Shown here: positions 18,425 to 28,580 of the stretch, piece by piece
Position numbering within the stretch: the first letter of the stretch is position 1
Layout: each line of letters begins with the position of its first letter
IMG/VR virus record: IMGVR_UViG_3300028586_000783
Span: 1-40,930 of that record
Reading direction: 5' to 3' (one strand)
Source: a virus
Taxonomy: Duplodnaviria; Caudoviricetes
Length of the DNA: 40,930 nt
Made by a program: the position numbers and the translations under genes
The notes under the pieces: model-generated
Databases searched by the model: none
What the model saw: the letters and a program-made list of their open reading frames with translations, nothing else
What the model was told of the DNA's origin: nothing

Positions 18425-18908
18425 GTTGCAATAGCTCGCTTACGTATTTGTCAAAGTATACCCTTATGCCCTGTAAGGTTTCGATAATTTCATCCCTTTT
18501 TTTACCTGTGGCATTACCGGCCATAACCATCATGTGTTGTGAAAAATCATCAAAGCTTTCCATTGTGTAAACCGCTTTCTTTCGGCTATCGTTAAGCCTG
18601 TCGAATGCAGCCGAAATTTTAGAGAGGTCGTCGGCTTTATATAATGGAGTGTCGCCGTTTTTGATATCACGGACGTATTCAAGTATAAGGCGTTTAATTT
18701 CTGACGGCCTTATGTTGTTAAGCTCCTTTTCTTTATCCCATTGGGCTTCTTCACGCCATACGCCCAAAGTTTTTATCCCAACACCTATAATCTCAGAAAT
18801 ATTATTTATTGAAAAGCCCTTTACAAACAGGTCTTTGCCCTGGCTTTTTTTATAATCGCGTTCGGCGGAGGTCATGCGACCGCCTTTAGTCTTGGTTGTA
18901 TTCGCCAT
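18417..18908 (-). CDS. Terminase small subunit-like HTH protein
   Basis: LFVKGFSINNISEIIGVGIKTLGVWREEAQW HTH directly upstream of terL; ATG at 18908 preferred. Confidence 0.7.
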   Translation of the reverse strand: MANTTKTKGGRMTSAERDYKKSQGKDLFVKGFSINNISEIIGVGIKTLGVWREEAQWDKEKELNNIRPSEIKRLILEYVRDIKNGDTPLYKADDLSKISAAFDRLNDSRKKAVYTMESFDDFSQHMMVMAGNATGKKRDEIIETLQGIRVYFDKYVSELLQHD

Positions 18909-19179
18909 ATATCGTGAGGTTGCCGCCGTTTTCAAATTTTACATTTCTAACTGTCATGCCATCATACTGCAAATTCTTTTTTGTTTCGATGAGTATGTTA
19001 GTGTAATCATCATCGCCAAATAGCTGTACAATGCCTACACCAAGCTCAGGGAACTCTTTAAATTCTCCCTTATTGGCAATGATAATATGTTGCTGATGCT
19101 GCTCGTCTGAGCGGCCCGCAAAAAGGTCGCCATTGGCAATTTTTATATCGCCATCATCATCTAATAAAAAGTCTGTCAT
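18886..19179 (-). CDS. Baseplate gp25/gp46-like protein
   Basis: D.LLDDDGD...GD...KGEFKEFPELGVG motif. Confidence 0.6.
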   Translation of the reverse strand: MTDFLLDDDGDIKIANGDLFAGRSDEQHQQHIIIANKGEFKEFPELGVGIVQLFGDDDYTNILIETKKNLQYDGMTVRNVKFENGGNLTIYGEYNQD

Positions 19180-19321
19180 GAGGCAAAATTCGGGGTAAAG
19201 AATTTACTGAAAAATTCCTATTCCAAGATTTGTAAAAAAAAGCTACAACGCTTGTATTCAATGGCTACAACGTTTGGAAACCGATTTTTTTTTACTTCAA
19301 AAACGCCACAATTTTGCCTCA
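19179..19321. promoter_or_regulatory. Divergent late promoter region with repeats
   Basis: AATTTTGCCTCA on both strands (19179-19190 minus, 19310-19321 plus); direct repeat GCTACAACGyTTG at 19242 and 19264; inverted related copy at 19221-19234. Confidence 0.7.
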
Positions 19322-19348
19322 ACGAAATGAATAACTAACCTTGAAATT

Positions 19349-20329
19349 ATGGTGCACAAATTTGTAGTTAGTACCGAAAATGTTAATGAGCATGGCTACC
19401 GTGTATTAACGAACGGAATTAATTACACCCAATATTTAGTAAATCCAATTGTGCTGTTTATGCATACCCGTGCCAACGGTGAGAACGGTGGTAAGGTTGT
19501 TATAGGCCGATGTATAAAGCTTTATGTAGAAGACAGCAAATTAATTGCTGAGATAGAGTTTGACGAAGCCGACGAGTTTGCAAAAGGTATAGCGGGTAAA
19601 GTTGAGCGCGGTTTTATACGCATGGCCTCTATTTATGCCGATGTGATTTCTACGTCAAGCGACCCAACTCTTATACTACCCGGACAATACCTTGAAACGG
19701 TAACGCAATGCAAGTTGGTTGAGATTTCTATAGTAGATATTGGCGGCAATGATGATGCTATAAAGCTCTCAAAGGGAAGTGAAAACAAATTAAAAAAAAT
19801 AAATCTAAACAAAGACCCTATGTCAAAAATCGGAGTTATTGCCCTTACGCTTGGGCTTTCCAATGAAACTGCGGAAGATACTGTAGTTTCTGAGGTGCAA
19901 AAGTTAAAATTAGCTAAGGAATCATCCGAAGCAAAAGTTGTTGAATTGACCTCTCAAATTAAAGGTATTCGCCTTGCTGAGGCAACTACCATAGTTGATG
20001 AAGCCGTAAGCTTAGGTTTAATTCCAGACGTATTAAAGCCTGCAACATTAGCCGGATTTGATACAGACCATGAGGCACAAAAAGCCGTGCTTACAAAACT
20101 TATTGCAGATAAGAAAGCCGAGTCTGACCAAAACGGCGCGCACAATCTGGTTAAGGAGGTTGTACTTGGTAAAGGAAGCCCCGCAGGTGGCAAAGGTGGG
20201 ATTGAGCTTTCTTACGACTACCTGCAAAAACATGACCCCACAGAGCTTAAGCGTATCCACGATACCGACCCTAATACTTACGCCAAACTTGCAAAAGAGT
20301 ACGGCGAAGGTAAACGCTACACAGTTTAA
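19349..20329 (+). CDS. Prohead protease with C-terminal scaffold region
   Basis: NPIVLFMH, GFIRMASI, LVEISIVDIGGN; helical C-terminus. Confidence 0.85.
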   Translation: MVHKFVVSTENVNEHGYRVLTNGINYTQYLVNPIVLFMHTRANGENGGKVVIGRCIKLYVEDSKLIAEIEFDEADEFAKGIAGKVERGFIRMASIYADVISTSSDPTLILPGQYLETVTQCKLVEISIVDIGGNDDAIKLSKGSENKLKKINLNKDPMSKIGVIALTLGLSNETAEDTVVSEVQKLKLAKESSEAKVVELTSQIKGIRLAEATTIVDEAVSLGLIPDVLKPATLAGFDTDHEAQKAVLTKLIADKKAESDQNGAHNLVKEVVLGKGSPAGGKGGIELSYDYLQKHDPTELKRIHDTDPNTYAKLAKEYGEGKRYTV

Positions 20330-20360
20330 AAATCAACCATTAATTTAATTATTACTCTAT

Positions 20361-21200
20361 ATGGCATTACAAAAAGAAGTATGGATTGCGGGTATAAAAG
20401 AGAACCCAATACCTAAACAGAGCTTTTTATACGCGTCTACCGATAAATCGGAGTACGTAGACAATAACAAGCTGCATCTTGCAGAGGCGGGTATTGAACC
20501 GGGCGTGCATGAGGACTATTTTTCGGGCAATGAGGACGAATTGCCACTTGCAACAATTGAGGACATACCAAATGAGGTATTGCTTAAAACCTACTCAACC
20601 GAAAGAACCCGTCACAGAAAATTACAGGATGTTGAGCTTGCTTATGATAAACGTACTTCTGTACTTAACAGGCACAAAATTTCACTTGCAAAGAACTTAG
20701 GCAAAAGAGCTGCTTTTGCGTGGGCACCGGCTGCTAACAATACTCACAATAAAATTGCAAATCTTGGCGGTGGCGACAGCGTTATTGACGCGATCATCGA
20801 CCTAAGGGCATTTTACAATAAACTTGACCTGTACGACGGTATGAACATTTGTTTTACCGCCGACCACATGGCAAGGCTTAGAAAAGAAGATTATAAGCTT
20901 TATAAGGAAGTTATCAATGAGAAAACTCTTTATGGCTTTAATGTTTTTGAATACAACAGCTCAGCGATATACACCTCTGCGGGCGTTAAAAAGCCGTGGG
21001 GTTCTACAAAAGATGCCACCGACAAGCAATGTACGTTCACTTGGGTAACTGACGAAGTGTTCAGATGCTTTGGCGACGTTGAAATGTTTGCGACCCTTTC
21101 TTCTGCCGCAACACAGGCCGATGAAGTTTCGTTTGCTCAAAGAGCTTTAGTAGGTAATATTCGCGCTAACAGCCCTAAATACCTGGGCGCAATACTTTAA
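20361..21200 (+). CDS. Major capsid protein
   Basis: 279 aa after the protease; LQKEVW start, ELAYDKR.SV...H. Confidence 0.75.
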   Translation: MALQKEVWIAGIKENPIPKQSFLYASTDKSEYVDNNKLHLAEAGIEPGVHEDYFSGNEDELPLATIEDIPNEVLLKTYSTERTRHRKLQDVELAYDKRTSVLNRHKISLAKNLGKRAAFAWAPAANNTHNKIANLGGGDSVIDAIIDLRAFYNKLDLYDGMNICFTADHMARLRKEDYKLYKEVINEKTLYGFNVFEYNSSAIYTSAGVKKPWGSTKDATDKQCTFTWVTDEVFRCFGDVEMFATLSSAATQADEVSFAQRALVGNIRANSPKYLGAIL

Positions 21201-21202
21201 GC

Positions 21203-21475
21203 ATGGCGACAAAAAAACAACAAGCGGAGGCGGCTCAGGCTGCCTCTGGTATTGCGGAAAAAGTAACAGCCTTTTTTAAAGAGAACCCTAAAGCTCCGGT
21301 GGTGTACAGTACGAGCGATGAGTTTCTTTTTGAAAACAAAAAATTTGCCAGTGACCACGCCGCCACGATTGGAATCGATGAGCCGGAACCACACAGCAAT
21401 CCACTTTTTATTAACGTTGAAGTAGGTTTTGAAACTGTGGAAAGTGATGATACAGAACCACAAAATAAATTGTAA
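21203..21475 (+). CDS. Hypothetical virion-associated protein
   Basis: 90 aa after the capsid gene; Y.TSD..LF....A..HA. Confidence 0.6.
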   Translation: MATKKQQAEAAQAASGIAEKVTAFFKENPKAPVVYSTSDEFLFENKKFASDHAATIGIDEPEPHSNPLFINVEVGFETVESDDTEPQNKL

Positions 21476-21886
21476 GTGAGAAAAATAAAGTACATAGCCG
21501 TGCATTGCACCGCCACAGCGCAAAGCGCAACCGTAGAAAGTATACAAAAATATTGGCGTGAACATCTTGGATGGCAACAGCCCGGCTATCACTTTATTAT
21601 TAAGCCGGATGGCACATCAGTTAACCTTTTGTCTATTGATAAGGTTTCTAACGGTGTAAAGGGTTATAACAACGAAATTATCAATATATCCTACATAGGT
21701 GGTATTGATGCTAATGGTAAGCCCAAAGATACCAGGACACCACAACAAAAGGCAACGTTGCTGTTGTTGCTTAAAGAGCATAAACTCAAATTTCCAAACG
21801 CGATTATTCAGGGCCATAGGGATTTTCCAAAAGTAAATAAGGCATGCCCCAGCTTTGACGCTAAAACCGAATATAAAAATGTATAA
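21476..21886 (+). CDS. Endolysin, N-acetylmuramoyl-L-alanine amidase (T7 lysozyme-like)
   Basis: IAVHCTAT, GYHF, ISYIGG, GHRDF, KACPSF; GTG start. Confidence 0.92.
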   Translation: MRKIKYIAVHCTATAQSATVESIQKYWREHLGWQQPGYHFIIKPDGTSVNLLSIDKVSNGVKGYNNEIINISYIGGIDANGKPKDTRTPQQKATLLLLLKEHKLKFPNAIIQGHRDFPKVNKACPSFDAKTEYKNV

Positions 21887-22376
21887 AAAGCTTTTCATGT
21901 TGTTTGCAGTTAGTTTAGTTGTAGTGTGTTTGAGTTCCTGCCGTGTCCAGCGGCAGGAAATTCAAAAATCTGTAACCGATACGGAACTGAAAACAGAAAT
22001 CAAGGAAACATACAGAGATACCACTCTGTATACACCAAAATCGGAAACCACTCTAACTATTCCCATAGAAGAATTTAGGGCGTTTAAACAGGGTTTAAAC
22101 GGTGTTTCAAAGACCAAAGTATTTACGCAACGTAACGGCAATGCCACCGCAAAAGTTACCCTTTCGCCTGAAGGCGTAAATGTAACATCAACATGCGATA
22201 GCCTTGCAATTGTTGCTAAAATAAAGTCGGAGCTATTTAAGGAATCGATAAATAAATTAACCGATCTCGAAACCACGAATATAAAAACCACCGGATACAG
22301 CTTCATGAACTTATTACTTGCTTTCCTCATGGGGGCGGTTGTCGGGTGGTTTATTCAATTCAACATAAAATTATAA
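21879..22376 (+). CDS. Putative unimolecular spanin
   Basis: Lipobox CLSS-C, Thr/Val-rich middle, C-terminal TM helix; follows the endolysin. Confidence 0.6.
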   Translation: MYKKLFMLFAVSLVVVCLSSCRVQRQEIQKSVTDTELKTEIKETYRDTTLYTPKSETTLTIPIEEFRAFKQGLNGVSKTKVFTQRNGNATAKVTLSPEGVNVTSTCDSLAIVAKIKSELFKESINKLTDLETTNIKTTGYSFMNLLLAFLMGAVVGWFIQFNIKL

Positions 22377-22379
22377 GTA

Positions 22380-23552
22380 ATGTCATTACCTACCATAACC
22401 TTTAATATTGCCTCTAATGGCTTAGGCCAAACGCAGGCCGACATACAAAAGACACCAGGCATGGTGTTAACGGGTACAACCGTTGCAGGAGCGGGCAATG
22501 TAACCACCGGCGAAAAATATACCATATATTCTTTGCCTGAGGCGGAGGCTAAGGGCATTACGTCTACAGGTGTTAACGCCTATGCTTACAAACAAATTGC
22601 CGACTTCTATAGCGTAGCCCTTGCAGGTGCTGAGCTTAATTTCATGTTGGCTCCCGTTGCAGCTTCTTTGGAAAACATGGTCGATGTAACGCAGGCTTAT
22701 GCAAAAAAACTATTAGCCGATGCAGGCGGTAAAATCCGCATATTGGGCATTGGCAAAAAGTCCGGTACTACAGAAACCATTACCGATGGTTTAGATGCCG
22801 ACGTACACCTTTCAGTAATTAAAGCCCAGGCACTCGCTGAGGACTTTGCAACCCGATACCAACCTTTAAGAATTATAATAGGAGGTAACAAATTTAGCGG
22901 CAATGCCGGCGATTTAAAAGATTACAGTGCTACATCCTTAAACAGGACATCAATACTGATCAGCAACAACGACAATTCAAAGGATGCCGCTATAGGCTTA
23001 CTTTTAGGTAGGTTAGCCAGTATTCCTACACAAAGAAAAATTTGGCGTGTACTGGATGGCCCTATTTCACAGGCGGGCTATTTTACAAACAGTACTAACG
23101 TAGATGCACTTTCTACAGCCTGGGGTGCAATACATAATAAAAATTACATTTTTATGCGCAGCTTCACAGGCAGGAACGGTTATTATTTTTCGTCTGATGT
23201 TACCCTTACAAAAGCTACAGACGACTACAAAACGCTTTCCCGTGGCCTTGTTATGGATGAAGCGGTACTTATCGCTTACAACAAGCTTGTTGAAAAATTA
23301 GGGGAAGAAGTGCCAGTTACAGTGGATGGCAAGATACATCCGGCTATAGTTAAAAGCTGGCAAACCGACACCGACAAAGAAGTGCGCGACCTAATGGTTA
23401 GAACGGGCAAGTTGTCTGACTTGAAAGTATACATCGACCAAAACCAAAACGTAGTAACATCCGGCAATTTCAATGTAAGCATACAATTGTTGCCTGTTGG
23501 ATATGCTGAATATATAACCGTGAACATTGGGTTCACAGCTAACATTGAATAA
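22380..23552 (+). CDS. Tail sheath protein (DUF2586-like)
   Basis: 390 aa; GLLLGRLA, GYYF..D, P.GYAEYI.V.IGF C-terminus. Confidence 0.8.
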   Translation: MSLPTITFNIASNGLGQTQADIQKTPGMVLTGTTVAGAGNVTTGEKYTIYSLPEAEAKGITSTGVNAYAYKQIADFYSVALAGAELNFMLAPVAASLENMVDVTQAYAKKLLADAGGKIRILGIGKKSGTTETITDGLDADVHLSVIKAQALAEDFATRYQPLRIIIGGNKFSGNAGDLKDYSATSLNRTSILISNNDNSKDAAIGLLLGRLASIPTQRKIWRVLDGPISQAGYFTNSTNVDALSTAWGAIHNKNYIFMRSFTGRNGYYFSSDVTLTKATDDYKTLSRGLVMDEAVLIAYNKLVEKLGEEVPVTVDGKIHPAIVKSWQTDTDKEVRDLMVRTGKLSDLKVYIDQNQNVVTSGNFNVSIQLLPVGYAEYITVNIGFTANIE

Positions 23553-23554
23553 TC

Positions 23555-23974
23555 ATGGCAGCAGATTTTAGTACAAAAGACTATTCTTGGTCAGACGTGA
23601 CAATTGCTTACGGTGGCCGCATACTGGAAGGTGTAACCGAATTTGAGTACACCGCCAAACAGGAAAAAGAAATTAAACGTGGCCGTGGTGCAAAAGGGCA
23701 TGGCATTTTAAGAGGTAACAAATCTTACGAGGGCAAAATAGTAGTTTGGCAAAGCGAACTTGAAGCCATGATAAGGGATGCTCCGGACAAGGATATACTA
23801 AACCTTAATTTTTCTATAACGGTTGCCTATACGCCAAACGATGGCGGACAGGATGTTATAGACATTGTGCCTGAGGCAGAAATTACAGAGTACAAAAAAG
23901 GCATGAAGCAAGGCGATAAACAAATGCTTGTTGAGCTTCCGATACTATTTTACGATCTAAAACCACAACAATAA
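23555..23974 (+). CDS. Tail tube protein
   Basis: YSWSD...GRG......GN.SYEG; follows the sheath. Confidence 0.8.
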   Translation: MAADFSTKDYSWSDVTIAYGGRILEGVTEFEYTAKQEKEIKRGRGAKGHGILRGNKSYEGKIVVWQSELEAMIRDAPDKDILNLNFSITVAYTPNDGGQDVIDIVPEAEITEYKKGMKQGDKQMLVELPILFYDLKPQQ

Positions 23975-23975
23975 T

Positions 23976-24521
23976 ATGGCTACACAACAGCAAATAAACG
24001 AATGGAAAGAAAAACACGGGGGTGTTTGGCAATTTCCCGTAGATGATAAAATTGGCTATCTACGTGAGCCAAAAATGCAGGATTTTAAAAGGGCATTCAC
24101 AGCGATGCAAAAGGATGGCGATATTGCTTTTGGCGAAGAAATGTTTTCTGCATTATGGATTGGCGGCGATCCTGAAATAAAAAGCAATGACGAGTATTTT
24201 TTACCTGCTCGTAAAAAGCTTATAAACTTTTTTGAGTATGACGATGCCGAAACCGAGGCGTTAGAAAATCGTCAAACTGCTATTACCATCGACGGACACA
24301 AATGCATTGTGAGGGTAATTACCCGCGAAGATTTGAGAATGGCCGAAAAGAAAAACCCATCGGGTAAGCCGTTCGTTACACAGGAAAAATTATTCGAGCT
24401 TGTGTGTATAGAAAAAGACCCGGCTTTTGATGATCGTAACAATGCGGCAATCCGTTTTCCTTTATACAAAATTATTGAAGACCTGCAAAACCAAAAGGTT
24501 GCTACACTAAAAAAGCTTTAG
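23976..24521 (+). CDS. Tail assembly chaperone (G-like)
   Basis: QINEWKEKHG start; ends A AAA AAG CTT TAG; between tube and tape measure. Confidence 0.8.
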   Translation: MATQQQINEWKEKHGGVWQFPVDDKIGYLREPKMQDFKRAFTAMQKDGDIAFGEEMFSALWIGGDPEIKSNDEYFLPARKKLINFFEYDDAETEALENRQTAITIDGHKCIVRVITREDLRMAEKKNPSGKPFVTQEKLFELVCIEKDPAFDDRNNAAIRFPLYKIIEDLQNQKVATLKKL

Positions 24522-24721
24522 AGGAGGCTGTCATCGATACTGATGACGCCTCCGCTTTTAAATATGCCGAACGCCTTAATATATCTCTTTACAATGGGTA
24601 TTTAAAGTATTACATGCATAACCCCGAACCCTCAAAACTTAGTGATGAAGAATGGGCAGAGGACATATTAATACTACATCACATAAGAAGCCAGGAATCT
24701 AAGACAAACCCACAACAATGA
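24509..24721 (+). CDS. -1 frameshift extension of the tail chaperone (GT-like)
   Basis: Slippery A AAA AAG at 24509-24515, hairpin 24523-24553, -1 frame ALEEAVID...YYMHNPEPSKLSDEEWA...QQ* overlapping the tape-measure ATG. Confidence 0.85.
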   Translation, partial: KKALEEAVIDTDDASAFKYAERLNISLYNGYLKYYMHNPEPSKLSDEEWAEDILILHHIRSQESKTNPQQ

Positions 24722-26544
24722 ATGCCTACGAATTTATAGTGCGAATGCGTGATTATGCCAGCAATACCCTGCAAAGGGTTGCTCAGTCCGTAGGAGCTAC
24801 GCGCAGGCAGGTAGATGGTATGGATAACTCTATGAGGCAGGCAGAAAAAACCAGCACTTTTATGGGCAACTCCATGAATAAGCTTAAGAGTATTATTGTT
24901 AGCGTTTTTGCCGTTGCGGCCATCTGGTCGTTTACTAATAAAGTCGTCGAGGCGCGGGCAGAGTATGAAAAGTTTAGTGCGGTTTTAACTAATACGTTTC
25001 AATCTGCCGATGTCGGTAGTGCCGCCCTTAACATGCTTACACAGTTTGCCACGGAAACGCCCTTTGCGCTAAATGAGCTTACCGGTGCATTTGTTAAGCT
25101 CGTCAACAGGGGGTTTAACCCCACTAAAGACGAGCTGCGTAAGATGGGCGACCTTGCAGCATCACAGGGCAAAGGCTTTGACCAATTAACTGAGGCTATC
25201 CTCGATGCCGAAAGCGGCGAATTTGAGCGGCTTAAAGAATTTGGTGTTAAGGCTTCCAAGGCGGGAGACCAGGTTAGCTTTTCATTTAAAGGTATAACAA
25301 CAACCGTACAAAATAATGCCTCTGCATTGCGACAGGCTATTTTGCAATACGGTAATATGACAGGGGTTGCAAACTCTATGGATGCAATTTCTAAAACGCT
25401 TGGGGGCAGGATTTCTAACCTGGGCGACCAATGGAATAGTTTTCTTGTTGCCATAGGTGGCGAGTCCAGCGGAATTTTTGCGGGTGTGATTGATGCCGTA
25501 AGTGCATCGCTTGATTTTTTAAGCTCGCATTTGTCTGATATTTCTATGTGGTTTGAACTTTTATGGGCAATGATATCGCCCGTAGTAGATAGCCTTATGT
25601 CTTTTATACAAGTAGCCTTTGGAATTGATAGTGCCAGTACGCTTGTAGCGGGTTTTGCCAATGCAATGAGCGGGGTATTACTTGTTGTTAACTGGCTAAC
25701 CACAGGCCTTAAAGCAATTATAGATGTGCTTACGCCTTATGCCGATATCATATTGGTAGTAACTGCCGCATATTACTTATGGAATAACGCCCTTTTAATT
25801 TACAATGCCCTTATGCTTGTAAATCCTACCACTTGGATAGTGCTTGGTATTATGGCTCTTATCATGGTAATAGGCATGGTTATAAAATATACTAACGGTT
25901 GGGGCGACTCGTGGAAGCATACCGTTAACGGCGCAAAACTTCTATGGCAAGCATACACCGAATATGTTCAAGCTAATTTTAACACCCTTGTAAATGGCCT
26001 GATGATAGGTATCAACAAAATTAAAGAGGGTTGGTACAACTTTAAGGAAGCCGTGGGCATGGGCGATAGCGACGAGAACCAACGAATGTTATCTCAAATT
26101 GCCGCCGATACCGAAGCCCGTAAAAAGTCTATATCTGACGGTTATAAAAAGATGGTTGATACCGGCAAGGCTGCAATGAACGAGTTTAGCCAGGTAGGTA
26201 TAACCGTAGACACCGAGGGCATTAAAAAAGACTTTAAAGCCATACAGGATAAGTTTAACGGCGGTGGTGCAAAAAATACCGGTACATCTGCGTACGATAA
26301 TTATGTCGCTAAACAGGGCGCAGGCGGTAAAGCCGGACAGGGGGGCGCTGCTAATGGTAGTACTGACGGTATTGTGTCGGGAGGTTCTAAGATAACCCAC
26401 ATAACCGTAAATATTGAAAAGCTTCAAGACGATACGAAAATTTATGTAGACAGCTCCGAGAAAGGAATTTCACAATTAGGAGATAAAATACAGGAAATGA
26501 TTTTAAGGTCTGTCAATAGTGTAAACCAAATGCAGACAGGGTAA
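24718..26544 (+). CDS. Tape measure protein
   Basis: 608 aa Ala/Gly-rich; FATETPF, MGDLAA, SKTLGGRISNLGD. Confidence 0.9.
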   Translation: MNAYEFIVRMRDYASNTLQRVAQSVGATRRQVDGMDNSMRQAEKTSTFMGNSMNKLKSIIVSVFAVAAIWSFTNKVVEARAEYEKFSAVLTNTFQSADVGSAALNMLTQFATETPFALNELTGAFVKLVNRGFNPTKDELRKMGDLAASQGKGFDQLTEAILDAESGEFERLKEFGVKASKAGDQVSFSFKGITTTVQNNASALRQAILQYGNMTGVANSMDAISKTLGGRISNLGDQWNSFLVAIGGESSGIFAGVIDAVSASLDFLSSHLSDISMWFELLWAMISPVVDSLMSFIQVAFGIDSASTLVAGFANAMSGVLLVVNWLTTGLKAIIDVLTPYADIILVVTAAYYLWNNALLIYNALMLVNPTTWIVLGIMALIMVIGMVIKYTNGWGDSWKHTVNGAKLLWQAYTEYVQANFNTLVNGLMIGINKIKEGWYNFKEAVGMGDSDENQRMLSQIAADTEARKKSISDGYKKMVDTGKAAMNEFSQVGITVDTEGIKKDFKAIQDKFNGGGAKNTGTSAYDNYVAKQGAGGKAGQGGAANGSTDGIVSGGSKITHITVNIEKLQDDTKIYVDSSEKGISQLGDKIQEMILRSVNSVNQMQTG

Positions 26545-27119
26545 TGGCAACATTTGATATAAAAGAACTTGTAGCAAAAGCCCATCACGATTATATAGGG
26601 CCATTGTTCCCTGAGTGGTGGGCAAAAAACAAAACGCTTTTTACTTTACCAAGCCTTATGGGCGTGGGTTTTGTTAAGCCGGGACAAAAGTATTTTACCA
26701 CTATTGCTTTAGGCTATAAGGGTGAAATCTTTGATTTGCCTAACGAGCCCCTCATCTCTTTTAGTATTTCTAAAACCATTGTGGAAACTGCCACCGTTGG
26801 AAAGCTACGCAAAGGCCCGGTAAAAGAATATATATGTACTGAGGACTACCAAATAACAATAAGGGGGCTTTGCCTTAATGAGGACAATGTAGACGCTTAC
26901 CCCGCAGAGCAGGTAGACCTTATAAGACGAATGTTTGAAGTTAACGATGCTTTAGAGGTGGTTAACAATCCATTCTTAGAGCTTTTTGAAATAAGGAAAC
27001 TTGTAATTAAAGATTTGCAGTTTGATGAAATGGTAGGACAACAGGGTATGCAAAAATATACTATTGCTGCCGTTAGCGACCAGGACTTTTACGCTGATCT
27101 GAAAGAAAAAAAAACTTAG
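26544..27119 (+). CDS. Tail tube initiator-like protein (DUF6046-like)
   Basis: K.IVET....KGPVKEYI..EDY.ITIRG...SD; follows the tape measure. Confidence 0.65.
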   Translation: MATFDIKELVAKAHHDYIGPLFPEWWAKNKTLFTLPSLMGVGFVKPGQKYFTTIALGYKGEIFDLPNEPLISFSISKTIVETATVGKLRKGPVKEYICTEDYQITIRGLCLNEDNVDAYPAEQVDLIRRMFEVNDALEVVNNPFLELFEIRKLVIKDLQFDEMVGQQGMQKYTIAAVSDQDFYADLKEKKT

Positions 27120-27123
27120 GCTG

Positions 27124-28089
27124 ATGTTTGTACTGGATGGTAAAATAGAGATTGGCGATTATGTTTTCCGTGCTATCCATGAAGTGGAAATTACCAAATC
27201 AGTCGATGAGCTTGGAGATACAGCCATAATAAAAATGCCTACACGATTTAAGGTAAAGCAAAATGGTGAGCAGAAATATACTGAAGAAGCCATTAAAGCG
27301 GGTGACCCTATAACAATCACCCTTGCTTATGAGGGCAGATATTCAGGCGTTGAGTTTACAGGTTTTGTTAAAAAGGTAAGCCCTAAAATACCGATGGAAA
27401 TTCATTGCGAAGATGCCATGTGGAAGCTCAGGCGTAACAATATTACAAAGTCATGGAGTAAAACCTCTATGAAAGAAATTTTAAAGGAGGTTGTAAAAGA
27501 TACGGGCATTGAGCTTGCGGACACGATACCCGATGTGCCACTTGATAAATGGATTGTAAGAGGTGCCAACGGTGCCCAGGTGTTAGAAAGCTTTAAAAAG
27601 GATTTGCTTATGACCGCCTTTATAGATGATGCAGGAAAATTGTATTGCGGGTTACAGCAGCTAACCAATATAGGGCAGGAAGTGCTTTATGATCTTAATT
27701 ATAACCTGGTTGAAAATAACCTTGAATTTAAGAGTAAAGAGGACAGGAAACTAAAAATAAAGTACACCTATGTAGCCCCTGATAATAAACGCAAAAGTAT
27801 TGAGGTGGGCGACCCTGATGGCGAGCAAAGAACCTACCACACAAGCGTTATAAGCGACGAAAATAAGTTACGTGAAATGGCACTCGCTGAAATTGAGAAA
27901 TTGAAATATGATGGCTTTGAGGGCGATATTACCAGTTTTCTTATGCCGTATGCTACAAGGGGTATGAGGGCGGTATTTATTGATAAAGAACATCTAAACA
28001 GGGAGGGCGCATACTTTATTAAGAAAGTAGTAACCACTTTTGGTATGGGTGGTGCAAGGCGTAAGGTAACTATAGGTACTAAAATATAA
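27124..28089 (+). CDS. Baseplate hub / late control D-like protein
   Basis: 321 aa; L.DTA.I..P, F.G.V, CEDAM..L, G.Y.IKKV...FG..G.RR. Confidence 0.75.
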   Translation: MFVLDGKIEIGDYVFRAIHEVEITKSVDELGDTAIIKMPTRFKVKQNGEQKYTEEAIKAGDPITITLAYEGRYSGVEFTGFVKKVSPKIPMEIHCEDAMWKLRRNNITKSWSKTSMKEILKEVVKDTGIELADTIPDVPLDKWIVRGANGAQVLESFKKDLLMTAFIDDAGKLYCGLQQLTNIGQEVLYDLNYNLVENNLEFKSKEDRKLKIKYTYVAPDNKRKSIEVGDPDGEQRTYHTSVISDENKLREMALAEIEKLKYDGFEGDITSFLMPYATRGMRAVFIDKEHLNREGAYFIKKVVTTFGMGGARRKVTIGTKI

Positions 28090-28580
28090 TGGATAAAGAG
28101 CTACAGGATGCTTTCAGAAAATTAACAAAAAGGGATGTAGACACATTTCCTGTTACGGTTTTGGAAGTTGACAAAGATAAAGGTACATGCCGGGTGTCTG
28201 ATGATGAAATAGAATATACCGATGTACAACTATCGGCTGTAATTGATGATAGTCTGAACAAATTTCACATTTTCCCTAAGGTTGGCAGCTCTGTATTGGT
28301 AAGCCCAATTAATGAAGATATACATAGGCTCTATGTTGAGGCATGTTCTGAGATTGAAAGTATTGCCTTAAAAATTGAGGGTGTACAATTCCAAATTGAC
28401 AAAGACGGCTTTCTTCTTAAAAAAGAAAATGAAACCTTAAAAAAGCTTGTTAGCGATTTGATTACGGCGTGCAGGCACATGGTATTTACAACAAATGTAG
28501 GCCCCACAATATCGCTGGTTAATGATGTTGAATTTGAGAATATACAAACCCGCTTTGATAGCTTTTTAAAGGATAGTTAA
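28089..28580 (+). CDS. Baseplate spike-like protein
   Basis: OB-fold-like start, PKVGSSVLV. Confidence 0.65.
   Translation: MDKELQDAFRKLTKRDVDTFPVTVLEVDKDKGTCRVSDDEIEYTDVQLSAVIDDSLNKFHIFPKVGSSVLVSPINEDIHRLYVEACSEIESIALKIEGVQFQIDKDGFLLKKENETLKKLVSDLITACRHMVFTTNVGPTISLVNDVEFENIQTRFDSFLKDS

Noticed and set aside
27105-27124. A-run slippery site at the end of the 26544 gene
   Set aside because: The -1 frame stops at TGA within a few codons, and the next gene has its own ATG.
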